Source of the DNA: Halodesulfurarchaeum sp.
GTDB lineage: Archaea; Halobacteriota; Halobacteria; Halobacteriales; Halobacteriaceae
Reading direction: 5' to 3'
Assembly (NCBI GenBank): GCA_042216015.1
Contig: JBDGUI010000033.1
Location: 14,881 to 42,788 of the forward strand
DNA: 27,908 nucleotides
The stretch's first letter is position 1. Every line of letters begins with the position of its first letter. Shown here piece after piece: positions 26,066-27,908 of this stretch. The translations under genes were made by a program, and so were the position numbers. Below the pieces are notes generated by a model that worked only from the letters and a program-made list of their open reading frames with translations, made no database searches and was not told the origin of the DNA.

Positions 26066-27184
26066 ATGGCGGAGGAGGACATGCTCTCCTGGGACGAGTC
26101 GATCTTCCGGGACGAGCACGTCTTCGAGATCGATTACGTCCCGGAGGTCTTCGAGCACCGGGACACGCAGCTCGAGACGCTCACCCACGCGTTGCGACCG
26201 GCCACCCGGGGTGCCCGCCCGGTCAATCTCATGGCGACCGGACCGCCCGGAACGGGAAAGACGACGGCGATTCAGAAGGTCTTCAGCGAACTCGATTCCC
26301 AGCCGGGGGTACGAGCAGTGCGGGTGAACTGCCAGGTCGATTCGACCCGGTATGCGGTCTTCTCGCGGATCTTCAAGGCCCTCTTCGAGTACGAACCGCC
26401 GGCCTCGGGCATCTCGTTCAAGAAGCTCTTCGGACAGATCGCCGAGAAGCTCACCGAGGAGGAGACGGTCCTCGTGGTCGCCCTCGACGACGTGAACTAC
26501 CTCTACTACGAGAACGAGGTCTCAGAGACCCTCTACTCGCTGCTTCGCGCGCACGAGGCCCACCCGGGCACGAAGATCGGGGTCATCCTCGTCTCGTCGG
26601 ACCTCGACCTGGACCTCATCGAGGGGCTGGACAGCCGCGTCCAGAGCGTCTTCCGGCCCGAGGAGGCGTACTTCCCGGTCTACGACACGGGAGAGATCGT
26701 CGACATCCTCCAGCACCGGATCGAGGTCGGCTTCCGACCGGACGTGGTGCCCCCGGAGGTGCTGGACCGTGTCGCCGAGTTGACCGCCGAAACCGGAGAT
26801 CTGCGGGTGGGCATCGATCTGCTCCGGCGGGCCGGGCTCAACGCCGAGAGCCGGGCCTCCCGAACGATCGAACTCGAGGACGTCTCGAAGGCCTACGATT
26901 CGGCCCGGCACGTCCATCTCGAGCGTCACCTGCAGGGCCTCGCTGACCCCGAACAGACCCTCCTGGCGGTGATCGCGGAGACCGACGCCGAACGGGCCGG
27001 AGCGGTCTATGAGACCTTCCACGAGGAGACCGACCTCGGCTACACCCGCTACACCGAGATCGTCAACAAACTCGACGATCTAGGGCTCATCGAGGCCGAA
27101 TACGAGAGTTTCGAGGGACGGGGCCGCTCGCGGTCACTCAGCCTGGCCTACGAGGAGGACGCGATCCTGGACCTCCTCGAGTAG
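26066..27184 (+). CDS. cdc6: Orc1/Cdc6-family AAA+ replication initiation protein
   Basis: IFRDEHVFEIDYVPE, Walker A GPPGTGKT, VRVNC, Walker B VALDDVN, GDLRVGIDLL, and C-terminal winged helix (LDDLGLI...GRGRSR). Confidence 0.93.
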   Translation: MAEEDMLSWDESIFRDEHVFEIDYVPEVFEHRDTQLETLTHALRPATRGARPVNLMATGPPGTGKTTAIQKVFSELDSQPGVRAVRVNCQVDSTRYAVFSRIFKALFEYEPPASGISFKKLFGQIAEKLTEEETVLVVALDDVNYLYYENEVSETLYSLLRAHEAHPGTKIGVILVSSDLDLDLIEGLDSRVQSVFRPEEAYFPVYDTGEIVDILQHRIEVGFRPDVVPPEVLDRVAELTAETGDLRVGIDLLRRAGLNAESRASRTIELEDVSKAYDSARHVHLERHLQGLADPEQTLLAVIAETDAERAGAVYETFHEETDLGYTRYTEIVNKLDDLGLIEAEYESFEGRGRSRSLSLAYEEDAILDLLE

Positions 27185-27239
27185 CGGTTCCATCGGCGGC
27201 GAACAGCACAGTTTTCCCCGGGGCGTGACTTTTCCGCCC

Positions 27240-27755
27240 ATGGGAGACCTGACTGCGGTGCTGCACACGAACAGGGGCGACATCGAGATCGAACTCTACG
27301 ACGAGCGAAAGCCCCGCACGGTCGAGAACTTCGTCGGTCTCGCGACCGGCGAGAAGCCCTGGACCGATCCCGAAACCGAAGAGACAGTCGAGGGCGAGCC
27401 GCTCTACGACGACGTCCCCTTCCACCGGGTCATCGGGGACTTCATGATCCAGACCGGCGACCCGACCGGGACCGGCCGCGGCGGCCCGGGGTACACCTTC
27501 GACGACGAGTTCCACGACGACTTCTCTCACGATTCCGCCGGCGTCGTCTCGATGGCAAATCGTGGCCCGAACACGAACGGCTCGCAGTTTTTCATCACCC
27601 TCGACGCCCAGCCCCACCTCGACGGCAAGCACGCGATCTTCGGGGAAGTGACCGACGGGATGGACGTCGTCGAGAAGATCGGCGGCGTGAAGACCGACCG
27701 GCAGGACAGGCCCGAGACGGACGTGCTCCTCGAGTCGGTCACGATCGAGGACTGA
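27240..27755 (+). CDS. ppiA: Cyclophilin-type peptidyl-prolyl cis-trans isomerase
   Basis: PRTVENF, FHRVIGDFMIQTGDPTGTGRGGPGY, SMANRGPNTNGSQFFIT and HLDGKHAIFG. Confidence 0.95.
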   Translation: MGDLTAVLHTNRGDIEIELYDERKPRTVENFVGLATGEKPWTDPETEETVEGEPLYDDVPFHRVIGDFMIQTGDPTGTGRGGPGYTFDDEFHDDFSHDSAGVVSMANRGPNTNGSQFFITLDAQPHLDGKHAIFGEVTDGMDVVEKIGGVKTDRQDRPETDVLLESVTIED

Positions 27756-27785
27756 GCCAGTTACGGACCGCCGGTCCGTTCGAGG

Positions 27786-27799
27786 CGAAAAGGCTTACC
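27786..27799 (+). promoter_or_regulatory. BRE/TATA-like promoter of tRNA-Leu (CGAAAAGGCTTACC)
   Basis: Haloarchaeal-type BRE plus TTA element about 28 nt upstream of the tRNA 5' end. Confidence 0.5.
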
Positions 27800-27824
27800 G
27801 GATCGTCATCCAATCGGCGACTGC

Positions 27825-27907
27825 GCGAGGGTAGCCAAGCGGCCAACGGCGGTGGGCTTAAGACCCGCTCTCGAAGGAGTCCATGGGTTCGAATCCCATC
27901 CCTCGCA
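27825..27907 (+). tRNA. tRNA-Leu (anticodon UAA), intron-less, CCA not encoded
   Basis: Acceptor stem GCGAGGG/CCCTCGC plus discriminator A; D-arm TAGCCAAGCGG; anticodon arm GTGGG-CTTAAGA-CCCGC (TAA at 27859-27861); long variable arm; T-arm GGTTCGAATCC. Confidence 0.95.
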
Positions 27908-27908
27908 T

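Noticed and set aside
1..27908. IS elements, integrases, inteins or programmed frameshifts
   Set aside because: No transposase or integrase motifs or terminal repeats were seen, and all recognised genes are of normal length and uninterrupted.

Overview
High-GC window with acidic proteins and leaderless, BRE/TATA-type promoters, which points to the chromosome of a halophilic archaeon (class Halobacteria; the genus cannot be fixed from this window). It is mostly a conserved housekeeping block, in order: purC; F420 biosynthesis genes cofH, cofG and cofC; a membrane-anchored secreted protein; the tubulin-like cell-shape gene cetZ1; an NDUFA9-like SDR; tmk; two divergent stand-alone Lrp/AsnC ligand-binding proteins; a DUF5813-like protein; UspA; a HerA-like ATPase and a NurA-like nuclease; a TauE/SafE transporter; hjc; PCNA; rlmE; a YhhQ-type 7-deazaguanine precursor transporter with an RHH regulator; a DedA/VTT membrane protein; divergent tatCt and tatCo; an HhH-MutS ATPase; an NSS (SNF) transporter with a MetS-like partner; orc1/cdc6; a cyclophilin; and tRNA-Leu(UAA). 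I found no transposase, integrase, CRISPR array or cas gene, and no clearly new large system. The best leads are small-scale: a 23-codon ORF coupled (TGATG) to the TauE gene, an extended MetS-like subunit behind the NSS transporter with an AT-rich promoter island, a NurA-HerA pair without mre11/rad50 nearby, a spacer-less 37-bp hairpin tandem repeat at the left edge, and several operator-like palindromes (cetZ1, tmk, PCNA). Family assignments come from motif recognition, not database searches. Many start codons were shortened relative to the ORF track.
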